The notes under the pieces: generated by a model | Seen by the model: only the letters and a program-made list of their open reading frames with translations | What the model was told of the DNA's origin: nothing | The model's database searches: none | Assembly: GCA_948470875.1 (NCBI GenBank) | Contig: CAOKQM010000006.1 | Span: 1 to 47,611 of the forward strand | Direction of reading: 5' to 3' | DNA from: an uncultured Clostridium sp. | GTDB taxonomy: Bacteria > Bacillota > Clostridia > TANB77 > CAG-508 | Length of the DNA stretch: 47,611 nucleotides | Translations under genes and position numbers: made by a program | Shown here: positions 11,024-21,867 of the stretch, in pieces | Numbering within the stretch: position 1 is the stretch's first letter | Layout of the letters: every line of letters starts with the position of its first letter

Positions 11024-11926
11024 TTATCCTTTGAATTTTTTTACAAATGTTTCTTTTTCTTGCCAATCTTCCCTTACTTTTACCCATATTTTTAGGTTTA
11101 CTTTTTCACCTAACAAGTTTTCAATTTCATATCTACTTGCTGTCGAAATTCTTTTTAACATACTTCCACCTTTTCCAATAATGATTCCTTTATGGGAATC
11201 TTTTATGGTGTAAATAACAGAATCAATATGAAAAATTTTCTCATTTTTCATTGTTTTTCTAGTTTTAAATTTTTCTACTTCAACATAAATTCCGTGTGGC
11301 ACTTCTTCATTTAAAAATCGCAATGCTTTTTCACGAATGATTTCTTCTATCATTTGCCTTGTTGTCTGATCTGTGTATTCTTCTTCACTATAGTATTTCG
11401 GTCCGACTGGCAACAATTTTACAATTTCTTCGATAAGCTTTTTGGTTCCTTCACTTGTTGTTGCTGAAATAGGAACTATGGCTTCAAAATCATAAGCCTC
11501 ACTATAAATTTTCATCAAATTTAATAACTTTTGTTTTTCTATTAAATCAATTTTATTGATTGCTAAAATACACTTTTGGTTTGTCGATTTCAACTTTTCT
11601 AGAATTTTCGCATCACCTGGTCCAATTTCATGAGAAGTTGCCTCTATTAGAAAAACAACTACATCGACTTCTTCTAAATTTGTGTACGCCGTCTCCAACA
11701 TGGTTTTGCTTAATTTGGTTTTAGGTTTATGAATTCCTGGTGTGTCTGTTATGACGATTTGATAATTCGGTGAATTTAGCATTGCTTTAATTGCTGTTCT
11801 GGTTGTTTGAGGCTTATTAGCTGTAATAGCTATTTTTTCTTGCATTAAATTGTTTAATAAAGTCGATTTTCCGACATTAGTTCTGCCAACAAATGTGACA
11901 AAACCCGATTTAAAATTTTCGTTCAT
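11024..11926 (-). CDS. era: GTPase Era
   Basis: GRTNVGKST, PQTTR, DTPG, NKID, EEVPH, KH-domain IIIGKGG. Confidence 0.97.
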   Translation of the reverse strand: MNENFKSGFVTFVGRTNVGKSTLLNNLMQEKIAITANKPQTTRTAIKAMLNSPNYQIVITDTPGIHKPKTKLSKTMLETAYTNLEEVDVVVFLIEATSHEIGPGDAKILEKLKSTNQKCILAINKIDLIEKQKLLNLMKIYSEAYDFEAIVPISATTSEGTKKLIEEIVKLLPVGPKYYSEEEYTDQTTRQMIEEIIREKALRFLNEEVPHGIYVEVEKFKTRKTMKNEKIFHIDSVIYTIKDSHKGIIIGKGGSMLKRISTASRYEIENLLGEKVNLKIWVKVREDWQEKETFVKKFKG

Positions 11927-11975
11927 GTTTGTTTCCTTTTTATTTTGTATTTACTTTACCTGGACAGCATTTCCT

Positions 11976-13082
11976 TTATTCAAATGTTACATTGCTATCT
12001 ATTGGGCAAATATTAATCCACGTATTTCCATCATTTACTTCTATTGGCTTTCCATTTTCATCTAAATATTCTGTTTGTCCACCAACAAATTGCTTTTTGC
12101 ATTTGATTTTGATTGCTTTTCCGTTTGTAATATAATATCCATCTGCATTCGTAAAATTATCCAATTCTTGTCTACCTTTTCCTTCTCCATCATCTAAGCT
12201 TGTATTTTTGATAAATGTAATAATTAAGTTTTTGGTTGTTACATCTTCACCTGTTGTCTCATCCACTTGCTTTTTGCCTTTTGAAAAACGTGTATATCTT
12301 TTAGTTTCTTGGTTATAGACATATTTTACTGTATGATTAGTTCCATATGGTATGTTAACTGTACTAGCTTGTTTGGCACTTTCTTGTGTTAAATTGACTT
12401 CATTTGAAACATAATTTAGCAAACTTTTTTTATCAGATGTTGTTTTGTATTGTTTTCTTTTGCAAATTTCCATAATGCTGGCAATACTGGTATAAGCATT
12501 ATGTGGTGCTTTTTTCGATTTTTCTCTCCAATATAAAGCTGTATTGGTTCTGGCTTTTCCTGTATCATAAATTTGTCCATTAATATCTGCTACATTGAAA
12601 TTTTTGATATACGATTCTGCTTGTGGACTTTGTCCTAAGTGAGCATAAATGGCATCGTTTTCCAAAGCATAATCAATAAAATAATGTCTTGCACTTCGAA
12701 TTGGTCCAACAATCACATCTTTTTGAGCTACATCAATTCCTTTAAATAGAGCCATTAATCTCGTTTCTCCGCCTTCTACTATGATTTCATAAACAAGATA
12801 AGTTTGATTGATAGAAGCATGTGGCTGTGCATTTACATTATTATCAATCATAAAAGCAATCGGTCTACTATTTCCATTAAAAATTTTTATTTCATTTTTG
12901 GGTTTTTGCTCTGATTGTTCACCTTTGGGTTTTTGCTCTTGTTCTTGCTGTTCTACAACAGCCTGCTGCCCATTTTGTTCTTTTTTTAATACTTTGGTTC
13001 CTAAAATAATTGCTAAAACAATGATGATAACAATAATAACTCCGATTAATATCTTCATTTTTTTATCCATTTTTATTTCCAT
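11976..13082 (-). CDS. DUF3048 (YerB-like) membrane-anchored protein
   Basis: N-terminal TM; RPIAFMIDN, YEIIVEGGETRLMA, GPIRSARHYF, APHNAY motifs. Confidence 0.8.
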   Translation of the reverse strand: MEIKMDKKMKILIGVIIVIIIVLAIILGTKVLKKEQNGQQAVVEQQEQEQKPKGEQSEQKPKNEIKIFNGNSRPIAFMIDNNVNAQPHASINQTYLVYEIIVEGGETRLMALFKGIDVAQKDVIVGPIRSARHYFIDYALENDAIYAHLGQSPQAESYIKNFNVADINGQIYDTGKARTNTALYWREKSKKAPHNAYTSIASIMEICKRKQYKTTSDKKSLLNYVSNEVNLTQESAKQASTVNIPYGTNHTVKYVYNQETKRYTRFSKGKKQVDETTGEDVTTKNLIITFIKNTSLDDGEGKGRQELDNFTNADGYYITNGKAIKIKCKKQFVGGQTEYLDENGKPIEVNDGNTWINICPIDSNVTFE

Positions 13083-13124
13083 TCCTTTCTTCCATTCATA
13101 GCATTATAAATTCCCATGAATTTT

Positions 13125-13508
13125 TTAATTGAAAAATAGCATTCCTAATTTGGGCAAAAACAACACACAACCAAGCATAATAGCAACAATAACCGTTATA
13201 AGCACTGCACTGCTACTAATATCTTTTGCAATTTTAATTTTTTCATTATACTCTTGTGAGTATAAATCCAGCATCACTTCAATCGCTGTATTGATTAGTT
13301 CTGCAAATAGGACAAGTCCCATGGCAAGCCAAGCTGTCATCCATTCTGTCAAACTTAATTTAAGCAAAATCCCAAATGTTATTGCAAAAATACCAATTAC
13401 ACATTCTATCTGAAAGCTTGTCTCATTTTGAATGACATATTTTATGCCACTTAAACTATTTTGAAATGCCACTAAAAGATTTTTATTTTTCCACTTTTTT
13501 CGTTCCAT
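13125..13508 (-). CDS. dgkA: Diacylglycerol/undecaprenol kinase family
   Basis: ELINTAIE...KIAKDISSSAVL, three TM helices; next to ybeY. Confidence 0.88.
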   Translation of the reverse strand: MERKKWKNKNLLVAFQNSLSGIKYVIQNETSFQIECVIGIFAITFGILLKLSLTEWMTAWLAMGLVLFAELINTAIEVMLDLYSQEYNEKIKIAKDISSSAVLITVIVAIMLGCVLFLPKLGMLFFN

Positions 13509-13548
13509 TTATTTTACATCCTTTATTCAATTTTTATTATGCTCCCCA

Positions 13549-14010
13549 CTATCGCGTAATGTTCAATTGATTTAAAACATTTTCTTCTTTTTTTCTCATT
13601 TTGCGTTTGTCCTCTTCTTGAATATGATCTTCTCCCATTAAATGGTAAAAACCATGAACCAACATATATGCTAATTCTCTTTCAAAACTATGCCCATATT
13701 CCTTAGCTTGTTCTTCTACTTTTTCAACAGAAATAATAATATCTCCCAAAGCCTCTTCTTGAGTTTGCTTTTTTATTTCTTCTTTTTCAAACATAGGAAA
13801 AGAAAGCACATCTGTTGGTTTGTCTATATTTCTATATTCTTGATTGATATTTCTAATAATATCTTTGGTTGTCAAAATGATACTAACATATAATTTTGTG
13901 TTTTGTAAGTTTTCCACTTCAAAACATTTTGTAATAATTTGATTAATGAATGTATCGTATTGGTTTTTTTCCTCAATTTGACGATATTCAATTTCTACTA
14001 TTTGTTTCAT
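13549..14010 (-). CDS. ybeY: rRNA maturation endoribonuclease YbeY
   Basis: DKPTDVLSFP, LGDIIIS, HGFYHLMGEDH. Confidence 0.95.
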   Translation of the reverse strand: MKQIVEIEYRQIEEKNQYDTFINQIITKCFEVENLQNTKLYVSIILTTKDIIRNINQEYRNIDKPTDVLSFPMFEKEEIKKQTQEEALGDIIISVEKVEEQAKEYGHSFERELAYMLVHGFYHLMGEDHIQEEDKRKMRKKEENVLNQLNITR

Positions 14011-14067
14011 AAATTTTCCCTTATTTTTATTGGTTTGATTGGCACAAAAAATTCTCGTGCTTCCTTG

Positions 14068-15246
14068 CTATTTTTTAATATATTTTGCATTTGGAATGGT
14101 TTTACCATGATTTTTGTATTGTTTCATAACACCAAATGCAACTAATTTGTTTTTGTAATATTGGCGTATTTGCAATACTTTTGGCATTTTTTCTGTTAAA
14201 TCATGCAATTCTTTTTTCAAGATGGCAATCTCTTTTTCTTGTTCTGATTTTGCTTCCTCAAATTCTTTAGCAAATTTTTTGTAAGCTTCTCTTTGACCTG
14301 CATCTTCCCAATAAACTTTGGTACATAATATTTTTTTGTTGTAATTTTGAATCATGTTTAATAAACTTGTATAAACTGCTTCCTTTTTCTTTTCTTGTTT
14401 AGTTACAACAATTAAATTACGTGTATCTTTAAGTAGTTTTTGATAACATTGTTCTGCTGCAACCAATGGCAAACTATGAGTAAACAAAGTTCTACTCATA
14501 CCAAGCAAAATTGCACTTTTTTCAAGAAAATCCTTTTCATCTAATTTTCCAATTTCAAAACGTTCTAATTCATCATATTCTTCTTTGATTTTTTCAAAAT
14601 CTTTGAAATCTTCTTCTAATTTTAATGGTAATATTTTTTTGACATATTCTTCTAAAACCAAGAAAATATTTCTGTAAAGACCTAATTGACTCAAATTTTT
14701 TTCTTTAATCCCATCTGCTAAATGAACTGAATAATTCTTCAAAATCGCTTTGTAAAGCTCATCACTTTTGGTTATGTACAATTTGCGGTATCTTTTTATC
14801 AATTTTTCTTTTCCATTACTTAAAACACTATCATAATCTAAGTCTAATAAAAATTTTTGTTTTCTTGATTTATATTCTGCATATTCCTTCTCTTTTAAAT
14901 GAACAACATTATAATAATTAGATAATGCACTTTTTTCAAAATTAGAAGCATTTCCACTTTTTACTTTCTTGTAAACAGAATCCATAATGTATTTATCAAT
15001 TGACTCTAAATACAATGTGTAACTTTCTTCATAACGATTCAAAGCTGCTTCTTTTTTAGGATTGTTATCACTATCTGCTATTTCTTTGTAATTTTCATAA
15101 GCTTTTAAAACAGCATTTCTTTTCAAAGTAATTAACATGCCATTCAATCCAATTTTGGTTGGAATTAATAATTTGGTTAATGTATTCGATATTTTATTAA
15201 AAAAGGTCGTATCATTAGCAAGTACTTTTAAACTTCTTTCTTCCAT
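14068..15246 (-). CDS. Hypothetical helical protein (392 aa)
   Basis: Long intact ORF with RBS inside the operon; no recognised motif. Confidence 0.7.
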   Translation of the reverse strand: MEERSLKVLANDTTFFNKISNTLTKLLIPTKIGLNGMLITLKRNAVLKAYENYKEIADSDNNPKKEAALNRYEESYTLYLESIDKYIMDSVYKKVKSGNASNFEKSALSNYYNVVHLKEKEYAEYKSRKQKFLLDLDYDSVLSNGKEKLIKRYRKLYITKSDELYKAILKNYSVHLADGIKEKNLSQLGLYRNIFLVLEEYVKKILPLKLEEDFKDFEKIKEEYDELERFEIGKLDEKDFLEKSAILLGMSRTLFTHSLPLVAAEQCYQKLLKDTRNLIVVTKQEKKKEAVYTSLLNMIQNYNKKILCTKVYWEDAGQREAYKKFAKEFEEAKSEQEKEIAILKKELHDLTEKMPKVLQIRQYYKNKLVAFGVMKQYKNHGKTIPNAKYIKK

Positions 15247-15264
15247 ACTTTGTATTTCCTTTCT

Positions 15265-16440
15265 TTATTGTTTTTTTCCTATTTTCTCTTCTACTGAATA
15301 ACTCAGCCTTACCCTTACTCCATCTGAATCTACGATACAATCTACTTTTTCATCGATTTGACTTGTATCTGAAATGGATAATTCTTGGTTTAAATCATTT
15401 CGCAAATCATTTGTTATTTTTTCTGTAAGCTCTTGCTGTGTATAGCTTTTGAAGCTTTTTTCAAGTTCATAATCCATCACATTTACAATTTCAATTGGGA
15501 TATAATAGTTCGAAAATAGTTTTAATTTTTTGTATGTCTTTATTGTATCACAATTTTCAAATTTTGGAACCCCTTTATTGAAAAATATTTTAAAATTATG
15601 AATATAAATTTCAACATTTTTTTGCATATTTCCTGTTCGTTCTTCTATTTTCTGAATAAATGCCTCTTTTTTCTCTTTTTCATACACACTCACCAAATAA
15701 ATATCTGCATCACTATGTACTTCTCGAATTCCTGTATATTTTCCTTCCATCACACCTTCTACCAAAACATCGCCAACAGATACCCTATCCCCAACATTCA
15801 CTCTTGCCGTTCCATTTCGCACAATCATTTTAGAAACCGTTCCAGCCTTATCTGCCACAATATTGCATGGCGTATTTTCATCCACAATTTCTGGTTCTTC
15901 TACTGCTTCAACAACCGTAACTAACACATTAGTGCCTTGTATGTCAATTCCAATCCAAGCCAAATCATTTCGATTTAATCTCATTTCATTTTTGATTTTG
16001 TCAAGGTCAAGTTTAGATTTTAGCTTTCCTTCTTGAATTCCATATGTTACTAAATCAGATAAAATTTCCTCTTTAGAAATATTTTGTACACCAGAAACTT
16101 CAATATTCCAAATAAAACGTGTCAAAACGAAACAAAAAATTGCAATCACCAAAAATGCAATTGCAAAAACTTTTCTCTTTTTATATTTTTTCACAACAAA
16201 AGGAAGTCCACTTTTTTTGTTGATTTGTACTCTACAAGAAGTTTTTCTTGCAATAGGACGAATTTTTTTAAAATCAGACTTATTAATTGTTGCTTTTAAA
16301 ATCGTACCTTTTTCAATATGAGAACTCCAAAAAAATATTTCTTCTGCTTTACAAATATTCATAAATCGTTCAACAAAAAATCCTTCTACTATAATTTCTA
16401 CAACGCCAAAAATATAGCGATACAACCATTTTAATATCAT
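15265..16440 (-). CDS. yqfD: Sporulation protein YqfD
   Basis: VEGFFVERFMN, IWNIEVSG, WIGIDIQGT, PCNIVADKAG motifs; follows yqfC. Confidence 0.88.
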   Translation of the reverse strand: MILKWLYRYIFGVVEIIVEGFFVERFMNICKAEEIFFWSSHIEKGTILKATINKSDFKKIRPIARKTSCRVQINKKSGLPFVVKKYKKRKVFAIAFLVIAIFCFVLTRFIWNIEVSGVQNISKEEILSDLVTYGIQEGKLKSKLDLDKIKNEMRLNRNDLAWIGIDIQGTNVLVTVVEAVEEPEIVDENTPCNIVADKAGTVSKMIVRNGTARVNVGDRVSVGDVLVEGVMEGKYTGIREVHSDADIYLVSVYEKEKKEAFIQKIEERTGNMQKNVEIYIHNFKIFFNKGVPKFENCDTIKTYKKLKLFSNYYIPIEIVNVMDYELEKSFKSYTQQELTEKITNDLRNDLNQELSISDTSQIDEKVDCIVDSDGVRVRLSYSVEEKIGKKQ

Positions 16441-16441
16441 T

Positions 16442-16717
16442 TTAATCACTCCTTTTGCTTTCAAAATCTAAACTTTCAATTTTGCCACTAACCAAAATGT
16501 CATCTTCTGTCATTTGACTCAATTTTAAATTAAATCCATTAATATTGATATTTCCAATATGTGTACTAATTCTGACAAAAAAATCTTCGTATTCTAAAAT
16601 TCCTTTAAAATTTTCAATCAAAACCTCGTCAAAACTCGTGATGGTTATTTTAGGAACTTTTCCCACAATTTCTCTTGGAATTTCTAATATTTCATTAATT
16701 CTGCTAAATCTTCTCAT
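16442..16717 (-). CDS. yqfC: Sporulation protein YqfC (YabP family)
   Basis: PKITI...IENFKGILEY...G.NL......DDILVSGKI. Confidence 0.88.
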   Translation of the reverse strand: MRRFSRINEILEIPREIVGKVPKITITSFDEVLIENFKGILEYEDFFVRISTHIGNININGFNLKLSQMTEDDILVSGKIESLDFESKRSD

Positions 16718-16803
16718 AAAAAAACACCGTCCTTTTTGCTATACTATGTTTATATATATTCAAAAAGACGGGTTTTATGCCAATTTATTTTTCTATTTTT
16801 TCA

Positions 16804-18195
16804 TTACATGCGACTTACTAATGTATAAATGAATGTTTGAAAATACTGCAAAACTGCCAAAATTATAATCACTGTGCCAACTCTATTTCTCGCTTTGATT
16901 TGTGTTTTATCGGTTTGCTTTAAAAATTCTTGCCAAATCAAAATACTAATGATGATAAGTGCAAATTCAAAAAACACAAACGTTCTATCTGTTGAACCAA
17001 AAATAGTTGGTGAAAATCCCATAGCAACTCTTGATAACAGTCCTAAAATATAAAGTACAATTGATATATTATTTTCTTACTTTTTAAAAATCAACAAAAT
17101 ACTTAGAAATAAACTTCCTAAAATAATAAATGCCATCATGAGTGGAATAAAATGAAGTCCATCCATATAATTGGTAGCATTTAACATAGGTTCTTCCAAA
17201 CTAATGATTTCATAAAAAACATTCAAATATGGATATAAACTGCAAACTGCATTTTTCAAAATACCAAACACAAAAATCGCAATCAGAGGAATCATACAAA
17301 TAGCTCGATGCAATTTATTTTTATCCACTTTAAATATGTAAACTGCTATCAATAAGCAACACACTAAAAAAGCTAAATTGGGTTTAACTAGCAAATTATT
17401 CACAGTTGCAGTCAAGCCTAAAGAAATTTTATCCAAAATGCCCAGCATGCCAAATTCACTATAATAGTTTTGTATTTCTGCATTTTTTCTTACATAATTT
17501 CCTGGACAAGTTGCAATAAAAATCAAACTCAAAATTACAATTCCCCATTGCACAACCAAAAAAGGATGTACTTTTTTCCTATTTTTTAAAATTTCCAAAA
17601 TTGTAAATAAGCCATAAATTCCAAAAGCAATCATACAAGACTGTTCTTGATTGCAAGCAAAAAGCAATGCCACACAATACATTGGATACATCCACTTTTG
17701 AATTTTTTGCCCTTGCACTATTTTTTTAATCGGAATACAAGAAAACAATAACATAGCTAAAGGCCAAGTATAAACAATAGTTCCAACGCCCCAACCAGAG
17801 CTAGAAACTTTATAAATTGGAGCAATTAAAATAAAGCCGATTGCCATCCAAACTGATTCTCTATCCTCTTTTTTCACGAATATTTTCAAAATCGAATAAC
17901 CAATTATAGTTGTCATTATGGTGTTTAGCAAAATCCAAACAAAACTTGGTTTACTTAAAATAACACAAGTCACCAGTTCTAATAACAATCTTGAAGTCCA
18001 ATTTTGATAACGTCCTAATAGAAAATCAAACAATGACATTTGTTCCATTTTTTCAAGAAAAAATTCTCCATCGTATTGGTTTGGTACAATCCAAATATTG
18101 ATTAAAAACTCTAGCACAAACAGTACCAATACAGCAATTCTTATATTATTTTTGAAAAATTCTTTTATTTTTCCAAGCACATTTTCCAATTTCAA
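16804..18195 (-). pseudogene. Multi-TM membrane protein (DUF6056-like) interrupted by an in-frame TAA at 17077-17079
   Basis: The reading frame continues through TAA for 18 codons (ENNISIVLYILGLLSRVA) into ORF 16804-17022 (MGFSPTIFGSTDRTF); RYQNWTSR, NQEQ, CPGNYVR motifs. Confidence 0.65.
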
Positions 18196-18223
18196 TCTTC
18201 CTTTCCAAGCTCCTTTTTTAAGA

Positions 18224-18718
18224 CTAAATTTCTACCACAACTTCTGTATTCACTAATACATTTTCTTGGTCATTTTGGTATAAAATAAGCAAATCATAAT
18301 TTCCGTCTTTTAAGCCCAATACAATACTTTTAGCATAAATTCCACTCTGCAAACAATCGTATTTTCCCTCTACTACTTGCAGCTCAGGCACTTCTTTTAT
18401 ATCTGTTTGCAACTGATACATCCTTCCTGTTTCTTGACTTTTTAAAATCAAACAACTTTTGCAAGTTTGCACAGATTGTCCTTCTCGATAAGCCCAAGCA
18501 GATATTTCTAATGTTGCTTTTCCTCTTTTTAATAGGTTTACTCCATTTTTCACACTACCTGTCATATCGATTTTTGTATTTGGATTCATTCGATAAATTC
18601 TAGGAACAGAAAAATATAAAAACGTAATAAGCACATAAGCAATCATAACAATCATGCCTATGATTAGCAATTTTTTATAAATTTTCTCATTTATTTCAAT
18701 ATTCCATTTTTCAATCAT
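18224..18718 (-). CDS. Hypothetical membrane-anchored protein
   Basis: 164 aa, N-terminal TM, AAGGAG RBS. Confidence 0.65.
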   Translation of the reverse strand: MIEKWNIEINEKIYKKLLIIGMIVMIAYVLITFLYFSVPRIYRMNPNTKIDMTGSVKNGVNLLKRGKATLEISAWAYREGQSVQTCKSCLILKSQETGRMYQLQTDIKEVPELQVVEGKYDCLQSGIYAKSIVLGLKDGNYDLLILYQNDQENVLVNTEVVVEI

Positions 18719-18943
18719 TATTTTACTCCTTTTACACTTTTATACTGTATCACATACTTGAGATTTTTTCAATCCATTTTCAAGATTTTTTAGACGCAGT
18801 TTTCAGTTAAACAGGCTCTTGCGAGCGACTTTATAAAGCAAAGCTCTTTCAAAACTAACATAAATTTTGCTTGTTTTGAAAACTAAAAAACAATTTGCAA
18901 AATTCTTCTGCAAATTGTCTTTTCCCTAATTTTTTCTATTTGA

Positions 18944-19825
18944 TTACGCACGTGGGTGTGCTTTGTTATAAATATCTTGTAAGTTTTCGTTTTTAAATTG
19001 CATATATACTTGTGTTGAAGAAATATCAGAATGTCCCAACATGGTTTGAATCGATTTTAAATCTGCACCATTTCTTAATAAATGTGTTGCAAATGAATGA
19101 CGCAAAACATGTGGCGTAATTTCTTTTGAAATATGTGCTTGTTCTTTGTAATATTTTACAATTTTCCAAAAGCCTTGTCTGGTCAATCTTTTTCCATTGA
19201 TATTGACAAAAAGTGCTTTATCTGTTTCATTTTTTATCAATATTGGTCTTGCTTTTTCGATATATTCCACCAATGCTTGTAAAGACATAGAGCCTAGTGG
19301 AATGTTTCTTTTATTACTTCCACTATTGCAAACAACATAAGATTCCTCTACATTCACATCTGTTATATCCAAAGAAATAATCTCTGTAACACGCATTCCT
19401 GTAGCATAAGCAAATTCAAGCATTGCTTTATCTCGAATTCCTTTTAAATCTATATTTTTAGGTTGATTTAATAACAATTCTACTTCCTTTGCTGTCAATA
19501 CACTTGGTATTTTTTTCTCTACTTTTGGAGAATGTACGCCTTCTGTTGGGTCTTTTTTCACTTTTTTAGTGCGAATCAAATATTGATAAAAAGCTCTAAT
19601 CGTAGCTAAATTTCTTGAAATTGTAGATGGCTTTTTATTCGCTTTTCCTAAATTCTTCAAATATTTTTCTAATTGTTCTTTATCTATTTTTAAATAATTT
19701 AATTGATTTTCGTCTATGTAACTTTGATATTGTAAAATATCTCTTTTGTATGATTGCAATGTATTGCTTGACAATTTCTTATCATTTTGTAAAAATTCTA
19801 AAAAAAGTTTGATTTGTTTCTCCAT
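18944..19825 (-). CDS. xerD: Tyrosine recombinase XerD
   Basis: RDKAMLEFAYATGMRVTE, TPHVLRHSFATHLL, LGHSDISSTQVY; downstream of spoIIM. Confidence 0.9.
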   Translation of the reverse strand: MEKQIKLFLEFLQNDKKLSSNTLQSYKRDILQYQSYIDENQLNYLKIDKEQLEKYLKNLGKANKKPSTISRNLATIRAFYQYLIRTKKVKKDPTEGVHSPKVEKKIPSVLTAKEVELLLNQPKNIDLKGIRDKAMLEFAYATGMRVTEIISLDITDVNVEESYVVCNSGSNKRNIPLGSMSLQALVEYIEKARPILIKNETDKALFVNINGKRLTRQGFWKIVKYYKEQAHISKEITPHVLRHSFATHLLRNGADLKSIQTMLGHSDISSTQVYMQFKNENLQDIYNKAHPRA

Positions 19826-19902
19826 GATTAATACCTCATTCCTTTATAATTTACATAAGACATATATGTTATATCAGATTTTCAACAAAATGTAAATAGT
19901 TT

Positions 19903-20517
19903 TTAGAAAAAATCTTTAAAAAAAATCAAAAAGTTTGTAGAACCATAAACTTCTATAAAACTTGCCATCACCGAACCAATCATTGCAATCAACATAATGA
20001 CAGTATGCCTTAAAAATTCAAATTTCAAATTCATGAATTGATTTTCCCTCAAATTTTTGTATAATTTAATCCCACTTTCCGCTAAAATTAGAATAACAGG
20101 AAGAAAAACCAAATTCTGTAATAACAAAGACAAAATAGCAAAAATGCTACCGGTTTTTACTCCCAAAGTTGCAACCATCGCAGAAACTGTGTATCCTATG
20201 GAAAATCCTTTATATGCAATCCCAAGATAAATCAAAAAACTTCCTAAAATCGTACAACCCAAAAACCATATCAGCAAAACCAGCAAAATATTCTGTTTCA
20301 TGCTTTGCATTAAAATCGCTGTTTGATTAATTTCATCCGCAGATTTAATATTTTCTTTCAAAGAATTTACATAAGAGCCAATTTCTTGCATCTGGTTTTC
20401 GCTCGCATGATTAATAAACATAATTCCGCCCATAATCCCTACAAAAAATACTAAAATTAAAATGATAAAATTCTTTTTATAATGATTCAAATACTCAAAA
20501 AATACACTTTTGTTCAT
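19903..20517 (-). CDS. spoIIM: Stage II sporulation protein M
   Basis: Multi-TM; IWFLGCTILG, YKGFSIGYT, LLQNLVFLP, SFIEVY; upstream of xerD. Confidence 0.85.
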   Translation of the reverse strand: MNKSVFFEYLNHYKKNFIILILVFFVGIMGGIMFINHASENQMQEIGSYVNSLKENIKSADEINQTAILMQSMKQNILLVLLIWFLGCTILGSFLIYLGIAYKGFSIGYTVSAMVATLGVKTGSIFAILSLLLQNLVFLPVILILAESGIKLYKNLRENQFMNLKFEFLRHTVIMLIAMIGSVMASFIEVYGSTNFLIFFKDFF

Positions 20518-20644
20518 AAAATCTTTTTCCTTTGCTCTACTAAAATTTAAGCCAACTGCTGACTAATTCACGATTCTATTTCAAGTGTATTCATTGGTTT
20601 TTAATTTATTCTATTTTTTTCGTAAACTATAAATTATCTTTTTT

Positions 20645-21838
20645 CTATTCGGCTTTCACTTGACCGTAAAGTCCGCCACCGCCTGCTACAATTTGCAATT
20701 TTCCTTCTCTTGCTAACATAATATGCTTGGCAATTTTGCTTCCAACAACAGCTTCAATGTCATCTTCAGAAACTTTATGTAAAATTGTCATTTCTGTCTC
20801 AAAATGATTTAATAATTTATCAATAGTTTTATTTCCCAAGCCTGGAATGAATGTCAGTGGAATTTGATACACATAAGGTGGTCTAAAATCTGGGCTTTTC
20901 GTCTGTTGCTTATCTTTGATTTCTTCAATTCGGTCAAAAACCCCCATTGTAATATTTCTACTATCACAAGAATCGCACTTTACAACTGGCGCAATTCCCT
21001 CAATTCGTTTATCACAAACCTCACAATACGTTCTATGATATTTTCCAAGTTTTGGATCCAATCCATAATTAGCCAAAACTTTGCGTCCATCTTCATTTTT
21101 CAGCGCTTTGACAAATTCTTTATAACTGATATTTTCTACTTGCATTTTATTATATTCTCTAGCAATTTTCGGAAGTGAATGTGCATCTGAATTCGTCAAA
21201 AATGCTTTATTTTCCAATTCTGTTATTTGGTCAGCCAAAAAAGTATCTGAGCTCAAGCCAAGCTCAATCGCAGGTATTTTGTCGTATTTATCTTGAAAAA
21301 TTCGTCTTAAAGAACATGTACAATTTCCATAAAAACTTTTATGTGGCGTAAAACAATGCGCTGGAATCAAAATTCCATGATATTTTTCTACAATATCTAC
21401 CAATTCATATGCCGAAATATTGGCTCTTTGTGAACTAAGTGTCATATTTTTAATATGTGTTTCCATCTCTTTTGAAAAAGCTTTGATGTCTTTTAAGGTT
21501 GGAAAATAACATAAATTATGTGCACTTCCTGTTTTTCCTTGATCGTTTATTTCAGAAGTTTCAATTTCACTTCCTAAAAGAATGCAAACTTTATCTTTAT
21601 AAATAATGCCACCATCTGGAATCTCAAAAGCCTCTCCCGTTTCCAAAAAATGCTCAATATCTTCTATCACATAAGGGGATGCCGAATCAATAATTCCCAC
21701 CAAATGAATTCCTTTTTTTTCAGCACATTCTCTTGCAATATTAGCAAAATTTAAGTTTCTTGCTGCTGTTATTTTAATCGGTTTTCCATTTTCAGACCTT
21801 CCAATATGTACATGTAAATCAGCAAAAATTTCGTACAT
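20645..21838 (-). CDS. PHP-family endonuclease Q / TIGR00375 (YqxK-like) protein
   Basis: ADLHVHIG, PAHCFTPHKS, ELGLSSD, NSDAHS, LGKYHRTYC, zinc ribbon. Confidence 0.85.
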   Translation of the reverse strand: MYEIFADLHVHIGRSENGKPIKITAARNLNFANIARECAEKKGIHLVGIIDSASPYVIEDIEHFLETGEAFEIPDGGIIYKDKVCILLGSEIETSEINDQGKTGSAHNLCYFPTLKDIKAFSKEMETHIKNMTLSSQRANISAYELVDIVEKYHGILIPAHCFTPHKSFYGNCTCSLRRIFQDKYDKIPAIELGLSSDTFLADQITELENKAFLTNSDAHSLPKIAREYNKMQVENISYKEFVKALKNEDGRKVLANYGLDPKLGKYHRTYCEVCDKRIEGIAPVVKCDSCDSRNITMGVFDRIEEIKDKQQTKSPDFRPPYVYQIPLTFIPGLGNKTIDKLLNHFETEMTILHKVSEDDIEAVVGSKIAKHIMLAREGKLQIVAGGGGLYGQVKAE

Positions 21839-21867
21839 TTTCTCTTACTTCCTCCTCCAAATAAATC

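Noticed and set aside
18944-19825. Tyrosine recombinase as a prophage or ICE integrase
   Set aside because: Sequence and spoIIM-xerD context match housekeeping XerD; no mobile-element genes or att-like repeats nearby.
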